Shown one piece after another: positions 11,616 to 25,176 of a stretch of 64,000 nt of DNA. The DNA is taken from assembly GCA_964106915.2 (NCBI GenBank), contig OZ066916.1; one strand, given 5' to 3'. Under the pieces are notes generated by a model, which searched no databases, had not been told where the DNA came from, and worked only from the letters and a program-made list of their open reading frames with translations. Each line of letters opens with the position of its first letter. Positions within the stretch are counted from its first letter, which is position 1. This DNA is from Podarcis gaigeae. Taxonomy: Eukaryota. Position numbers and translations under genes: made by a program.

Positions 11616-14600
11616 TATATCATACTGTGTACCACTGTTTCTCCAGAAAAAGGTACGGTATACAGTTTTTAACAAATTGTATCTAATCTGCAGAAATTCC
11701 TTATATGTTTCACTACTCCCAAAAGGTTAAGAGTATTTTAACTACTGATCTCCAAAGTTGAAAAAAATAAATATATGTTTATGTAACCTCTAGGCAATCA
11801 GGTCTTTGTTTTGTTTTTGTTTTTTAGAAGATCTACCATTGTGTTTTATTTGCCTTTTTATCATATAGTGTTTTTTTTATCACGCTCATTGAGCATTCTG
11901 TTTATATAGCATAAGATTATTTGCAACACAAATTGGCATTCATTATAACTCCAGATTATTCTTTTTTTAAAGAGGCATTTTAATTTGTATAGAACAGTTT
12001 GCATTATTAGCAGTACAATTAATGATGACAAATGCACTCAGAGCTAATGGAAAAAAAAATTATTGTGAAATTTCAGATTTTCCTTTGCACCAAATAGGAA
12101 TAGTATCATCGCAAGTCCTAAAAATGTATCTTGTCATGCTTAGTCAGGATATAAAAAGGTTCCAGGGCACTTTTTCATTGCAGTAGAACAACTGCTATGA
12201 GACTAAACCCGGTGGTGTTTGCAGCATACTTAATATATGAAACAATAAGAGAACAGTTAGGGTTGTTTCCCCCCTCTTCTTAACCCCCAAAACATTTGTG
12301 CACAATCTTAGTAAACATAACTCACAATTGCTTTGTCAATTGATACTACCCTCATGAAGTGTTAAAATGAGCAGGTAGAACTTCCATCGTCTTCTACGAA
12401 ATGCTGGCAGAATTGGAGCACAAAGTTTAATCACAGCTTGAAATTGAGCCCTTTGTTAAAGTTACTAACACTGCATTGAACCTATCCAAGGACAGTGGCA
12501 TTAAGAAACTTTCTATTCACTCAGTAGATTTAGGTCAAAGCCTTCAATAGTGGTTCCATGTATTTAGGAGTGAAAGTGAGATTTTCTGTGTTTGAGGAAC
12601 TAAATTACATTTCTGTTATGAGGAAGCCAGAGTTGAGAGTTATTTGTAGATGAATTTCCTGTAGCTTTAATATAAATTGGGTAGGGAAGTTTGCCTGTCT
12701 TATCATTTGTTTCTAAGAAAGTTGCTGGTCTGTACATCTGCCCTCTCAAAAACAAAAGGCATAATAAAATCACAGAATATTCCAAACACCTGAGCAGCTT
12801 TCACATTATGCGGGTACTGTACATAGGTAGAACACAGAGTGGGGCTGCATTGTTGGCCCCACCTCTGACATGCACAGTCATGCTAGATCAACCCCACAAT
12901 GTCTGGATGTCTGAATAACTGCTAATACATAAGGACTACTATTCAGACATCCATGTTCAGTCTATAGATGTGGGAGGGAAGGCAACACTTTAAGGCTGCA
13001 AACTCACTGGTATCTCTGGGTCGACATTGCATATTCTTCAGACAAATACAGACGATGCAGCCCTTGACCGTAAGCTTGCAATCTAAAAAGACACAACGCA
13101 AAAGGAAAACAGGTTGGGAGGGAGGAGAAAACAAGCACAACAGATACAAGTTCTTCTGGTGTCTAATTGGGGTGCGGGAAACTCAAGGAGAGGAGAAGCC
13201 AGCCATTGCTTGTCTCCTAAGAGGTGCCCCTGCTTCTTTTCACTTCGCCTCTGCTACAGCCTGACGTAATGGATTCTGCCAGTGAAATTGGGAGGGAGCA
13301 GCCTAGCTTCTCAGAGGAACTTACCATTTGCCCCCTCTAAGGTCTGATCCAGGACCCCATTTCTGCAATTTCCATAGGGGGGGAGGACGCTACCGTTGAA
13401 GGAAATGGAAGCTACCGGTATTTTCCTAAGTAAATTGCACAGGGAGCAGGGGGGAGTTAAAGCTCCCCCTCCCATACCAGTGTAGAGTTTGGGCACACTA
13501 TACTGAAAAAACCCAACAACCAGGGCTGTGGGATGCTTGCCCTCAAGGGCTAACTACGAAGTCAGATGACCTGAAAAGTGAGATGCTAACTAACTAACTA
13601 AAACTCTGTAAGAGGAAAAGCACGCTGCTGGAAAAAGTCGATCGACTTTATTCCATTTGTTAACATATTACTAGCATTATGTCAGAGACAGACTGTGTAT
13701 GTTAAATGACAGACAAATTACATCTTGTCAGGTAATTTAATAAGACTTGAATGCTTACTAAAGTAGGTTCTGCTTCTGCACATAAGGCAGGTTTCATATT
13801 ATACAGCAGAATTTCACGCAGATGGAAGAAACAAGGTTGCAGATTTTGGGAAATCCTTGGCAAGGGTTCTTATCCCCCCCCCAATCATCTGTCAGTTTAG
13901 AAAACGTATATGTCACATTTACTGCGTGTGTTGCATCATTCAAAAATATCATAAACAGTCATAAATATGATATTAAAACCACTGAAATCTTAATATTCTT
14001 AAAAATAGGCTCCTAATTGAAGCATCCCATTTAATATTCATACTTAGATTAAGAGGTATGGACGAACATTTCCTCTGCAACATGGTGCTTTTGCAAAACC
14101 AACAACAATCGCTGCACAGTAGTATCCACTTCGAACTGCGAGTCATAATACAGCCAAAATTATCTATTTAATATACAGAAGTCTATTAAGAACTGATTCA
14201 TAGTGATGTTCCTCTTGGAGATTAGTGGGAAACATGCACTCTTGCTCCAATCTCCTGCAATTATAGTCAGAGAAAAATTATATTCAAATATTAAAGAGAC
14301 TACCAGTCATCCATAGAATTGCCATAATTAAGAAAGAACAGTCCTTGAATAGTCATTAAGTAGTCTTAGTGATTCAGATTAAGCTTAGTAAAGTGAAAGG
14401 AAGCTCTTTCCACTGTACAGTAGCCCTTTCAGTGTCTCTTCATCATAATGAAAATGTGAATAGTTCTGTCCCACTAGAATTACTCTAGCATCTATTCTTA
14501 GGTCATTACTTTTTAAGAATATGAAACATACACACGTGCTGAATACTCTCAATTTTACACTCAGGCTATGAAATTTTAATTTCTAACTTTCTTAAAAATT

Positions 14601-15038
14601 GAGAAAGTTACATTTCCACTGCATCTCGCGATTATGGGGCATTTTTTGTGTTTAATGTCTAAAAGACTACTGTATTTACAAATACTGAAAAAGGAAATAC
14701 TATAATTTTAATAAAAGACTCAGACATTTTTGCCCAGCTATGTGCTTTCCCAGAAAGTCTTTTCAAACATCAGCATCAGATCACTTTTTAATGTTGCGCT
14801 TCAGGCTTTCTGGTAGAATTATTGTCGTGAGTCATATTTAACCTTTGTACAATTTCGGGTTGCATGCAGAGGTTAGAGATGAAATACTTCTTCATCCTGA
14901 AGTACGCCAATGATTCTTTACAGTCATTGGAGACTGACATGCAGTTAAGAGCTTAGACAGGGAGCTACATCAGAAATGAAATCTTTGTTTTGTCTGCTTC
15001 CTATTATCACCTGGCGATTTGCTAATCAGCTGACCAGT

Positions 15039-15077
15039 TAAGGAAGAGCTTTTCTATGTAAGGAAGAGCTTTTCTAT
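15039..15077. repeat. Short tandem duplication (20-nt period)
   Basis: taaggaagagcttttctat occurs twice, separated by one base. Confidence 0.85.
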
Positions 15078-16539
15078 TGGTAAAGAGAAACCATGTTCAG
15101 ACACAAACATGAGGAATGTATAGCAGCCATGATATCAGAGTGGCTATATGTTTTCTGTTTTGAGTGGCGCTGTGACGAGGTTTTTATGAATCCTTGTGTG
15201 CAGCATCTGCAGATAATAAAGAAGCACTTATTTTTGCAATTTCTTTGTGCTACTTCTGATATTGAAATGCCCCTCCCCGAATGCTATGGCAGTAAGTCAT
15301 GTGATAGAAACTCATGTGTCAGAGTTGGCATATCCTGAATAGGGATGTCTAAGAATTTATCCAGAAAGAGAAGTGCTAATTCCTGGTGTTTATTTGTCCC
15401 ATGTCCAGAACAAAAAGCCATCTTGCCCATAACTATTGATATTTACTGTTGCTATTGTTTTCAGTCTCCAAATGATACATAACTGCTAATGTTCGCTCCC
15501 ATCACCACCACATTTCCATTTCATTTCCTTTCCATTGAAATGAATGGTTTGGGGAAATATAATATATTACATAATTAATTATGTAACATTCCGTCCCAAC
15601 AGATAGCGAGATGGAAAGCGTATTTTTTTTATCAGAAACCAAACTGTAGCAGAATGGAGACAGCGCTGCATGCAAAATGAAAACAGTTCAGAACAGAAAT
15701 CAGTTATTTTTTACATTTCTAATCCTGAATTATTTAGCAAAAGAGGCTAGGTCTGAACTGAATGTTCAAGAGTGCCCCTTTGAAAGAAGTCAGTTCAAAA
15801 TGCATAGGGATCAATAAAAATATGTGTATCCTGTGCGTCTAGAGATCTCCTTCCTTAATTTTTATTTCAGTTGGTCCCTCCTCACCTATTTTTCTTGTTC
15901 ATGCTTCTATTTGGTCATAATTCCTCAGCTGGATATGATAGATGGCCACATCATGGTGAATGTGCTGAGAATCCCAGAGAATATTTGGCATACCGGTTTT
16001 ATTTTTTTATTTATAAAAATACTTATAGGTCATTCATATAAAATATCAGGGCAGTATCCAACCAAATGTGCAAGTATAATCAAACATAACATACTGTAAA
16101 AACAATAGAATACAATATTTGGCTTGGCTGTGCAAATAAGGAGTCCTGCACCAAAAAGCTTTTAAAAATAAATAAATGAATAAATGAACACCTGTCATCA
16201 TGCTGTGGCAACCAGGGAATTCCTATTTCGAATGATTTAATTTCTGCCCTGGACTATGCAGAGGAAGCAACAGCGGTAACAAATTGACTTCTGAGGAATC
16301 CACTGCACAATGGGCCATCCCAGTGGAGAGTCCTTAGAAGTCTCTTCCTATAGGATTAAGAGGGACATGGATGCATATGCCTACATTCCAATGAACCACC
16401 TGACACGTTTCACGTATCCAAAGGGGACCTTGGGCTTCTCTGTATTGGATAGCACCTGTGTTGAAACTGAGTTTCAATAGTATTTTGTAATATTGCATGA
16501 GGGCCTGCAGTTTAAAGTGGGGGAATGGGCAGTAGTACA

Positions 16540-16888
16540 TGTTGTGACGTGGGGTTTGTGATTTCAGCTCTCTTGACATAATATGCTGGAGACAGTTCTC
16601 TAGTAACACTTCTTTATTAACGCAACAAGACTGAAACTTGAGGAGGGGAGAGCTACATTTATAGGGACAGGGAACAAGCTAGAAAGGATACATTTTGGAG
16701 GGAACAATATCAGGCAATCACAGTCCTGCCTTTTGGAGGCAACCAATAAGACAGAGGATCCAAATACAGCAGCTTAAATGAACCAATAGTAGCTGTACCC
16801 TCTGGAACCAAAAGGCAGTTACTTTACCCTCATGCAAATACAGACAATAATAATACAGATATAAAATCCTTTGACTCAATACACAACA
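16540..16888 (-). mobile_element. Solo LTR, 349 bp
   Basis: TGTTGTG...CACAACA termini; exact 5-bp TSD GTACA (16535-16539 and 16889-16893); on the minus strand TATAAAT (16657-16663) lies upstream of AATAAA (16613-16618); CCAAT at 16743 and 16783. Confidence 0.85.
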
Positions 16889-16978
16889 GTACACATTGTC
16901 AAGCATTGTGACTCTTGGCCAAAGCTCCTCAACTAGAAGTTGTAGGTGATCATTCTTAGGTGAGGTCATTCTCATTGG

Positions 16979-17155
16979 CAATGCTTTTTTCCCCTCAAAA
17001 TTTTTTTTAGGGTTACTCTCATTTTGACTCAAGAAAATCAACATTTTATAGTTCAAATTGGGGAAAATAAATAAATAAATGGACAAAAGTACAAAGATTC
17101 ACAAAATGTTTAGGGGTTTGCGTACCCCTGTGTCTCCCCAGAAAAAAAAGCACTG
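16979..17155. mobile_element. Non-autonomous DNA transposon (hAT-like)
   Basis: Termini caatgcttttttc / aaaaaaaagcactg; TSD poorly preserved. Confidence 0.55.
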
Positions 17156-18828
17156 ATTATGGGAGATCAATACGTTGTCTCTAGGATGTGGTAAAAGGGG
17201 CTCCCCTAACTAGCAGAGACTGCTCAAGCCGCCAGTATCACCACAAGGCCAGTATCTAAAGATAAGGTAATCTTTAAAATAAATAAAAAATCCAAACAAA
17301 TTATTTAAAGCTGCTATGGTTATTATTTTTTGCCCCTGGTTTGTAGAATAGAATTTTCATTTTTCTTTCTTACTGGTTCCATGTTCTCAAATGGGAAAAC
17401 TGGTTTGGGTGCCGGAGAAATGTAACCTCCTTTCACTGTACAGTGTAAAAGTAAAATGAAATGAAATCTGTATTTGGCTTCGAGGCCTGGATTAAATAGT
17501 GTATTAGTCACTCGCTATTGGATTTGTGTCTGCTACACATAATCAAATCTATTGCTAATTGAACAAAAAGGGATTACATTGACTGGCTATAAAAAGGCTT
17601 AAGTATAAAGATTCCAAATGGATAAACCGGCAGCCCTGGCTCGGTGTGTTATGTTGACTGAGGTGAAAGGAAAAAGGTGCCCAAGACCAGTACTCCTACT
17701 GAAGAAAATAAACAGCAGAAAAAAGCCATATGCAGATACATTGCCCTATGGATAACTCTTCAGCAGATTCAAAATTATAGTTGTGAATCTGATAATTTGT
17801 ATTGCATACTTACAATAAAAATAAAAGTTGCAAGGCAGAAAGGGAGGCCAAAGATTCTATTAGCTGTGGGGCAGCAGATCATGAGCTCTTGTGGGTGGAG
17901 ACCGATCAACACTGAAGTTAGAATATACGAATCTGTTCTGACATTCATTCATACTTTCACCTGGTATTTTCTGTTGGGTTGCAAGAGGTTCATTTTCCAC
18001 AAGTCTGTCTTCTGTTTTCCTGTCCGCTGATGCAACTTAGTGGGGTGACACCTCTGGAAATATGGCTGGAAAGTTAACCAAATTTGGCTGCATTCCGCTT
18101 CTGTTTTAGAAAAACCATAGTTTAGCATATTGGCCCTAAACTATGGTTTATTCTTAACAGTGGTTAATTGGAGCAAGCCAGATCATGAGATTTGAATTAT
18201 TGATTGTTTGAATTAAGAACAGTCTAGGTTCAATCTTCAGTTAATCGAAAATGACAGCAAAAGCTTTCAATCTCCTCCTTGTGGCTAGGAGAATCCAGGG
18301 CTCACCGTGGTGCATTTCACATAGGAGGCCACGCTCTACAGCTGATTGTTGCTGCCCTAATTCACTCAGTCATCCTCCCCCCTTCTTGCTTGTTGTCTTG
18401 TGAGCTGTCGCCAGCTTTTTGAATATCTCAAATAATTGACTAACAACCCGATCCTAAATCCATTAATTCTGAAATAAGATTCATGGCTTTCAATGGGAGT
18501 TGCTTGCTGACAGATACACTTGGCTCTGCAACTTAAAAACTGGCCTTTATTTGAGCTGCCGCCTCTGTTGTTTATTAGGTTTGTGTGTTGCCTACAGCAA
18601 AGACTCTAGGTGAATTACAACATACAAAATCATGGATAACAAAGTTTAAAATACATAATTACATCTCATAAAACAACATCAAACAAGCAACTCCTCTATT
18701 ATACAGAACTATAAATAAAAGAAAATCCTGCATACCAAAAGCAACAAAAGTAACAATCATCCCACAGTTGCTAGGAGAATAGTGTTGGCTGTAAACCCTC
18801 TGAGCTACTCTTAAAACTAATAAAAGTA

Positions 18829-19082
18829 CAGTCATACGTTGGGTTAGATGTGCTTCGGATTGAGTGTTTTCAAGTTACGCTCCGCGGTGACCCGGAAGTA
18901 ATGGAGCACTTTACGTCCGGGTTTCACCACATGCGCAGACGCTCAAAATGACATCACGCGCATGTGCGGAAGCAGCAAAACGCAATCCATGCACACGCAG
19001 ACGCGCTGTCACATCTTACGTTTTACTCAGGATACGAACGAGGCTGTGGAACAGATCCTGTTCGCATCCAGAGGTACCACTG
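18829..19082. mobile_element. Tigger-like MITE family B, uninterrupted copy
   Basis: TA|CAGTCATACGTTGGGTTA ... GAGGTACCACTG|TA; homologous to 5493-6597. Confidence 0.88.
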
Positions 19083-19176
19083 TACTAAAAAGAGTACTAA
19101 AAATTAATAAAAAGCTGCAAATATAAGTCTCTGGGATTAATTAAAAACATATGGTCAAATGGGTGATTCCTAGCAC

Positions 19177-19338
19177 TATGGGAGCCAACACCTAGGGGCC
19201 GAAGTCCCTTCATCCCCCCACTAATAAAATATTTGAGGGAGCTGCTCCCCAAGTTGAAGAGCATTCCCACGTCACCAGTTATGCAGGGCAGGGCTTACCT
19301 GCCCCCCTCCCAATATTTTATTTAAGTTGGCACCCCTG
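19177..19338. mobile_element. hAT-type MITE
   Basis: Degenerate TIRs tatgggagccaac / gttggcacccctg; 8-bp TSD cctagcac / cctggcac (7 of 8 match). Confidence 0.65.
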
Positions 19339-20460
19339 CCTGGCACTACCGAATAATTGCTCTTCAACTCTAACCTACAAGTTGAATTGCAACTGAATTT
19401 CCAAACTCCTGGGATCATTGCATTTTAAAAATGTATGCATCTTGCTGCTTTCCAGTACACTAGCAGGCATGATATTGCCAGTGTGGATGGGATTCAGAAT
19501 ATTTGGCTGGTTGTTTTTTGTGTTTTTTAAAAAAATACTTAATTAGCACTAGAGTGCTTATTCATAAAAATGTTTCAAAATGTTTGCCTTTGATTACAAA
19601 TGTAAATCTGTATAAAAGAGTATGAAAATATTTTCTGGAATTTGATTTGACCAACATTTTGCAGTTTTACTTTCTAATTTAATGAAAACGTTGAAACCCA
19701 TTTAAAGCTATCACAGAACTGCAAGGGATATCCCTAAAATCCAGAGAAAACTGTGCTATTTTTATGATCTGGGAAGCTGCTACTTTCTGAATATACCCCA
19801 AGATTGCTCCTCGGTGATAATAGCTGTGTGCTCTCACTGCTAGGGGTGCTGAGATCCTTCTTTGATACTTACATTCTGTTTGCATCTTTTAATGACTCTC
19901 ATGAGTTTTCACTGTCAAAGGTGATCAGATTCCAGGTATTACAATGACAGACTTAAGCACCTGTAGGGAAAATGTGTCAAAATAAAAGTTATTTTTGCTG
20001 GTATTTTTTAAAAGGTCAGAGACTGAATAATTTTTTTCTGTGTTTTAGCATTAAATTCCTATCATAACCATTAGCACCTATTTCAGTTTCAGTATTAAAA
20101 AAATGCCACTCTTCTTTTTTGCCTTATACATTTCACAAAGACTCAGGGCAACTTTGAATAACAGAACAGCAGTTTCTTGCTCTGAAAGAATTCCAAACAT
20201 GCTCAGCAAGTTAAACTTTTAATTTGATTTAGGGTTTATTATAGTGAACTGCTGGATGTCCCTAAATAACATCCAGTGACATCATCATATGTTTTCATGT
20301 GCAAAGTAAATATTTTACGTGAAAGCCAAATCTTAATCTTGCTCAGAGAATTAGAACACCATACAAATTGCCTTTTCTTTAGAAGAGCTCTAGAGATGCT
20401 TGAGGATTTTGGGGTGCATTGGTGAGGGAGATCTGCAGTCAAGAGTGAATTCACTTTATA

Positions 20461-20691
20461 CAGTGGTACCTCGGGTGACAAACACCTCGAGTTACAAACA
20501 CTTCGGGTTACAGACTCTGCTAATCCGGAAGTAGTACCTTGGGTTAAGAACTTTACCTCAGGATGAGAACAGAAATCGCGCAGCAGCAGCGGGAGGCCCC
20601 ATTAGCTAAAGTGGTACCTCAGGTTAAGAACGGTTTCAGGTTAAGAATGGACCTCCAGAACGAATTAAGTTCGTAACCAGAGGTGCCGCTG
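20461..20691. mobile_element. Tigger-like MITE family A, full-length variant
   Basis: TA|CAGTGGTACCTCGGG ... CCAGAGGTGCCGCTG|TA; internal homology to 2732-2957. Confidence 0.9.
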
Positions 20692-23033
20692 TACACAGCT
20701 CCTGATTGGATGTGATCTAGTCTGGTCTCTGCATTCTACTTGAATTCTGCGATATGGCCCAAGGGCTTCCCTTCCTCACTTTCCCCAGGTTTTAGCCACT
20801 TGGAACAGGTAGAAATGGGGCCACAACAACCTCTGAGAGGACGGGACATGATGGAATGGCATATATGTCCTTACATTTTGTATGGGGGGAGGGAGACTGC
20901 TACCATGGGTATAAGGAGCAGCCATCTTTATTTCTGTCTGAAGAGATGGCATGGCATCATATCTTGAGCTCAACTTTTGATGCCCCATTTGTAACATGTA
21001 CAGCAGCTACATGCTTTCTAGCCATTCCAAATGTCTAGACCTACTTGAAAAGGACAAAAGAGAAGGGCAGGAGGTGGTACCCACTGGAACACCTCAGAAA
21101 ATCCTTTAAAAGTTGTAGATTAAAAATATCAGAATGGAATGAGAAATCAGACAAATGCAAAATTACAGTGGACCAAATTTGCCCATCCCTACAAGCCATC
21201 ACCATATTCTCCTTGGACTGTATAGAGACTGGGCTGTTAATCAGTTCTCTCAATATTAAGCTAGGTTTTCTGAGTGAAGTTCTGCAATTTAAAATAAAAT
21301 AATAAGGAACATTGCCTAAGTAAAATAGCAACTTCTTTATTCACTCCTCTGATTAAATTAGGAGATTAATTAGTCCATGGATAATTAGTCTACCTGTGGC
21401 TTCTAGCCATGGTAACTATTTTGAGAGGCTACATGTTTGAATTATTAATTCCACCAGTGTTTCTCCTCTCCTCCTAGCTCTCAAGTGAAAAAAACAAAAA
21501 CCTTAAGCATCTCCTAAGAAGATGATGATGAAGCAATTGAGATTTCCATTAGACTTCTATAGTGTAGCTTTCAGTTTAGGAATTTAGGCTTCCCACAGGG
21601 TTTACCTGGGGACCTGTAGGTTCCCAGGTGACATCCTGCTACTCCTTCAGAACCCAGAGTGTACTCATAAGTAGTTTAATAATTACATATCAGAACCCCA
21701 GAGCTACACTAAGAGCTTTGATATCAGTACTAGAATTGCAACTGTAAAGGTATATGCAAGCCATTTATAACTTAACCAAGCAAGTTGTTGTTTAGGTATA
21801 ATTCATAAAATAGGATTGTTTATAGCATCTAGTTGAAATCTCACACAGGATACAGTTGAGTGCTCCAATTTATTCTCTTGGTATTTGTGCTTCAGATATG
21901 ATCCTGTCGTATATTTTATTCATTGGAGCCAGAGAGCAACATACCTAGGTTACAAAACCAAACCTCCCTTATGAAACTATTGAAACCAGAGGCTAGCTGC
22001 AACTGTACTTTTCAGCTTTGGGGGCAGAGGGGGAGGGCAGAACGGCAGCTTCACAGCAACCCCTGCCAGCTCCTAAGGCGAACCAAGGTTGTTGAGCTTT
22101 TTCTAGGGGAGCCACCTGGAGAAAGGGTTTAAAAATAGTCTGTGCACGTTATTTGCCTGCTGAAACTCATGTTCAATATTGGTTCTAAGCAAATCTGTAT
22201 CATAGAAACTTCTATTTAAATCAAACAGACATATCAGTCTAGGTATAGGAGCATGACAAGCACATGGGCCATAATTCAGAAAAAGCTAGTCATAGTTAAG
22301 CCATATTGAAATCAAAGTTTTCAATTATTTGCTAAATTTCTTTGGACTTCATGTTACAAAGCACTTTCTATACCTCAAGTACTGTTTGCTGGTGACAAAC
22401 AGTGGGATGAAACATTCATGCTTTCCTTCATTAGCTCCCTGAAGTCGTTATGGTTGGTCGTTATGGGTAACAGGATGCTTCTCCAGCAGGGGTCTTCTTA
22501 TGTTCTTCATTGTGAAGGACTAAACATTTTTATTTTAATGGAATTTGGAATCTGACCTCTTACCAAGGGTCCCTGGTGTCTGAATGAGGGTATCAGTTAG
22601 CTGTTAGTAAGTATTTGCTTCTTCTAGCTACGACCTACCAGGTGAGAAGGGTTCACTTGTTTTGCACAAGAAACTGTTGGTCCACACAGTAGTGAGATAG
22701 TGTTATTCAAATGATAGATTTGATTCAGAAATGACAGATTAGAATTGCACAAAGATCATTCTCACACTTTCTCAGCAACAGCAGTCCCACAACACTAGAA
22801 GCAACAGTAGGGTAAGTGGTATGAATGGCACATCGGTCATCTTGTGAATGAACCATCAGGACCTCTTCCAAAGAAAGGATGATTTTGTCTCACTCAGACT
22901 CTGCAGTTCATATTATTCTTTCCTCTTGCAGTCTGAGCTGAACAAGGTACTTACATTTGCCAGACACTGGTATCTGTGCCCTGTGTTCCATGGAAGCCCC
23001 CAAATGCCTTTTCCATCCCTTGACGTTTTATAT

Positions 23034-23169
23034 CAGGCATAGGCAAACTCGACCCTCCAGATGTTTTAGGACTACAATTCCCATCATCTTTGACCACTGG
23101 TCCTGTTAGCTAGGGATGATGGGAATTGTAGGCCAAAAACATCTGGCGGGCCAAGTTTGCCTATGCCTG
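23034..23169. mobile_element. Palindromic hAT-type MITE, 136 bp
   Basis: TIR CAGGCATAGGCAAACT; exact 8-bp TSD TTTTATAT; core ctacaattcccatcat...atgatgggaattgtag. Confidence 0.92.
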
Positions 23170-24129
23170 TTTTATATCATCAGGCTAGATTCACCTGAAC
23201 TTCAGAAAGAGACAGTTCTGCATAATTTCCTTATAGCTTTAGACCCCCAATGTACCAATCATTCAAGCATATAAAAAGTATTTCTCCTTAATTTCGGTCA
23301 CAACATCAGCTTCTCTTGTTCTCACATTTAGACCCATGATATACCAGCACTAACAACAAAAGTTGCTCAAACATTTCAAGAGAACTTTCCCCTTTTTTGC
23401 TTACAGAATGTCAGGGTTTATTTTCTTGTTTAATTCACCTATGACCCTTGAAACGTTTGTCAGATACATTTGACCCTAGTATATATTTTCAAGTGAATAA
23501 TGCTTCCTATTAATCTAAGAAAGCAATACTATGGAGATAAGAAATTCCTATAATTTGGCTAACATGTCCTGAAAAAGGACCATACAGAATATTGTCCTTT
23601 TTACTGTCCATTCTTTCCCCCATCCCAAATTCACTTTTTTTTCTGGTTCCCATAGATGATTGTCAACAAAGCATATCAAAGGATGTCACATGTTGTTTAT
23701 CTTCTCCTGTCACTTGAGAAAACTAATTGACAAAATGGGTCCTCTTGAGAAAATAGCTAATGAAAGAAATCTGCAAATCTGATTACATATCCACAGATTT
23801 AATTTACTCTCAACCTTTTGGCTAGTTATTTTGTAGGAAATAAATCTTTATATTGTCTGGTCTCATCTTTGAAAGCAGATGCAGGTGGCATTCCAGGTAT
23901 ATATTACCCAAATTCAGAAAATTGGTTTATTTGTTAAAATGAAATTTTTACAAAGGTGGAGTCATATTTTATGATCCTAGCAAAAAACAGTATAATCTCA
24001 ATAAGATGTATTTGAGGACAGTGACATGTAATTATGCAATGGTTTTACATTCAAGTGGTCTATGAATCTTAGTTAAAAACTGCTGGGGACACCTGTAATC
24101 TAAAACTAGTTTGTTTCCAGCTCAGTCTA

Positions 24130-24530
24130 ATGTGCTGATATTAGCATTTAAAGCCTAAAAGGTTTTGTAGCCAGGTATGTGAAGGACTTCCTCCACACGC
24201 ATGATCCTGGACATCTGTTAAGCTTGGAAAGTCCAACACATATGTCCCCCCATACTGGCAGGCATGAGAGACAGGGTCTTCTCAGTAGTGGTCTCAAATT
24301 CATGTAACTCCCAACACAATTACACATTATCTCAGCACTGCAGGTATTCAGATGCACTTAAAAAACTTAATTGTTACAAGCTTCTGTTTCTCCAAACATT
24401 GTTTCTGTGTTGCTATTTTTTCAATTTTTTGAGCTGCATTGCAATTTCATATCTCCAATGCATATCTTAATCTGTTTTACTGTGTACATCACCTTGTGAG
24501 GGCAATGCCTTCTCGAATATAAACAATAAC
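24130..24530 (+). mobile_element. Old L2-type LINE 3' fragment
   Basis: tttaaagcc...ccaggtatgtgaaggac...gacagggtcttctcagtagtgg resembles the L2 ORF2 end (RAFSVVAP motif); boundaries approximate. Confidence 0.55.
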
Positions 24531-25069
24531 ATATGTTCTACAGTGACAAATTTGTGGGATCTATTTTTAGGATTTTTGTTTCTTATGTTGGTTGATAACA
24601 CTTCTAGAGCTTCTGCTTCCTGTGGGAAATAGTTTTCTCCCCCTCAAGGTGAAGCACTCTTAGAATTGACAGTGGGAATGAACGGTAACAGTTTAAAATA
24701 GGAGTGGAACGATATTTCATCACCAGTGCCTCACTGCTTCACAGTTTACAGGGATTCTGCTGACAATATAGAAATAAGCATTCGGAACCTGCAATACATC
24801 TCTTAACATTGATAACAAGAGATGGTTCTGGTAGGCAAGCCTGTGATTCCATTCTCAAAGGTTTTAGTGTCATCTTGCAAATAAGCATAAACATTTGCCT
24901 GCACCTTAATTCTTTAACCAGGAGTAGTTTGTTTATTTTTCATTTATTAAATTTATATACTGCCATTCATTCAAACATCACAGGGTGGTTTGCAACGTAA
25001 AAACACAGGATAAAAAACACAAGATACATAACATAACAGCAAAAAAAATATCCCAGTAACCTCCCAACC

Positions 25070-25176
25070 CCTGCTTTCCAGAAGTCATTGAATTCCAAAT
25101 CCCATCAGCAATGACCAATAGTAAGGGATAGGAAATGTAGTCCTACAATATCGGGAGATCCACATAGCTACCCCTG
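25070..25176. mobile_element. Degenerate palindromic hAT-type MITE
   Basis: tcccatcagc...gggataggaaatgtagtcc...acccctg, related to 42173-42308. Confidence 0.5.
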
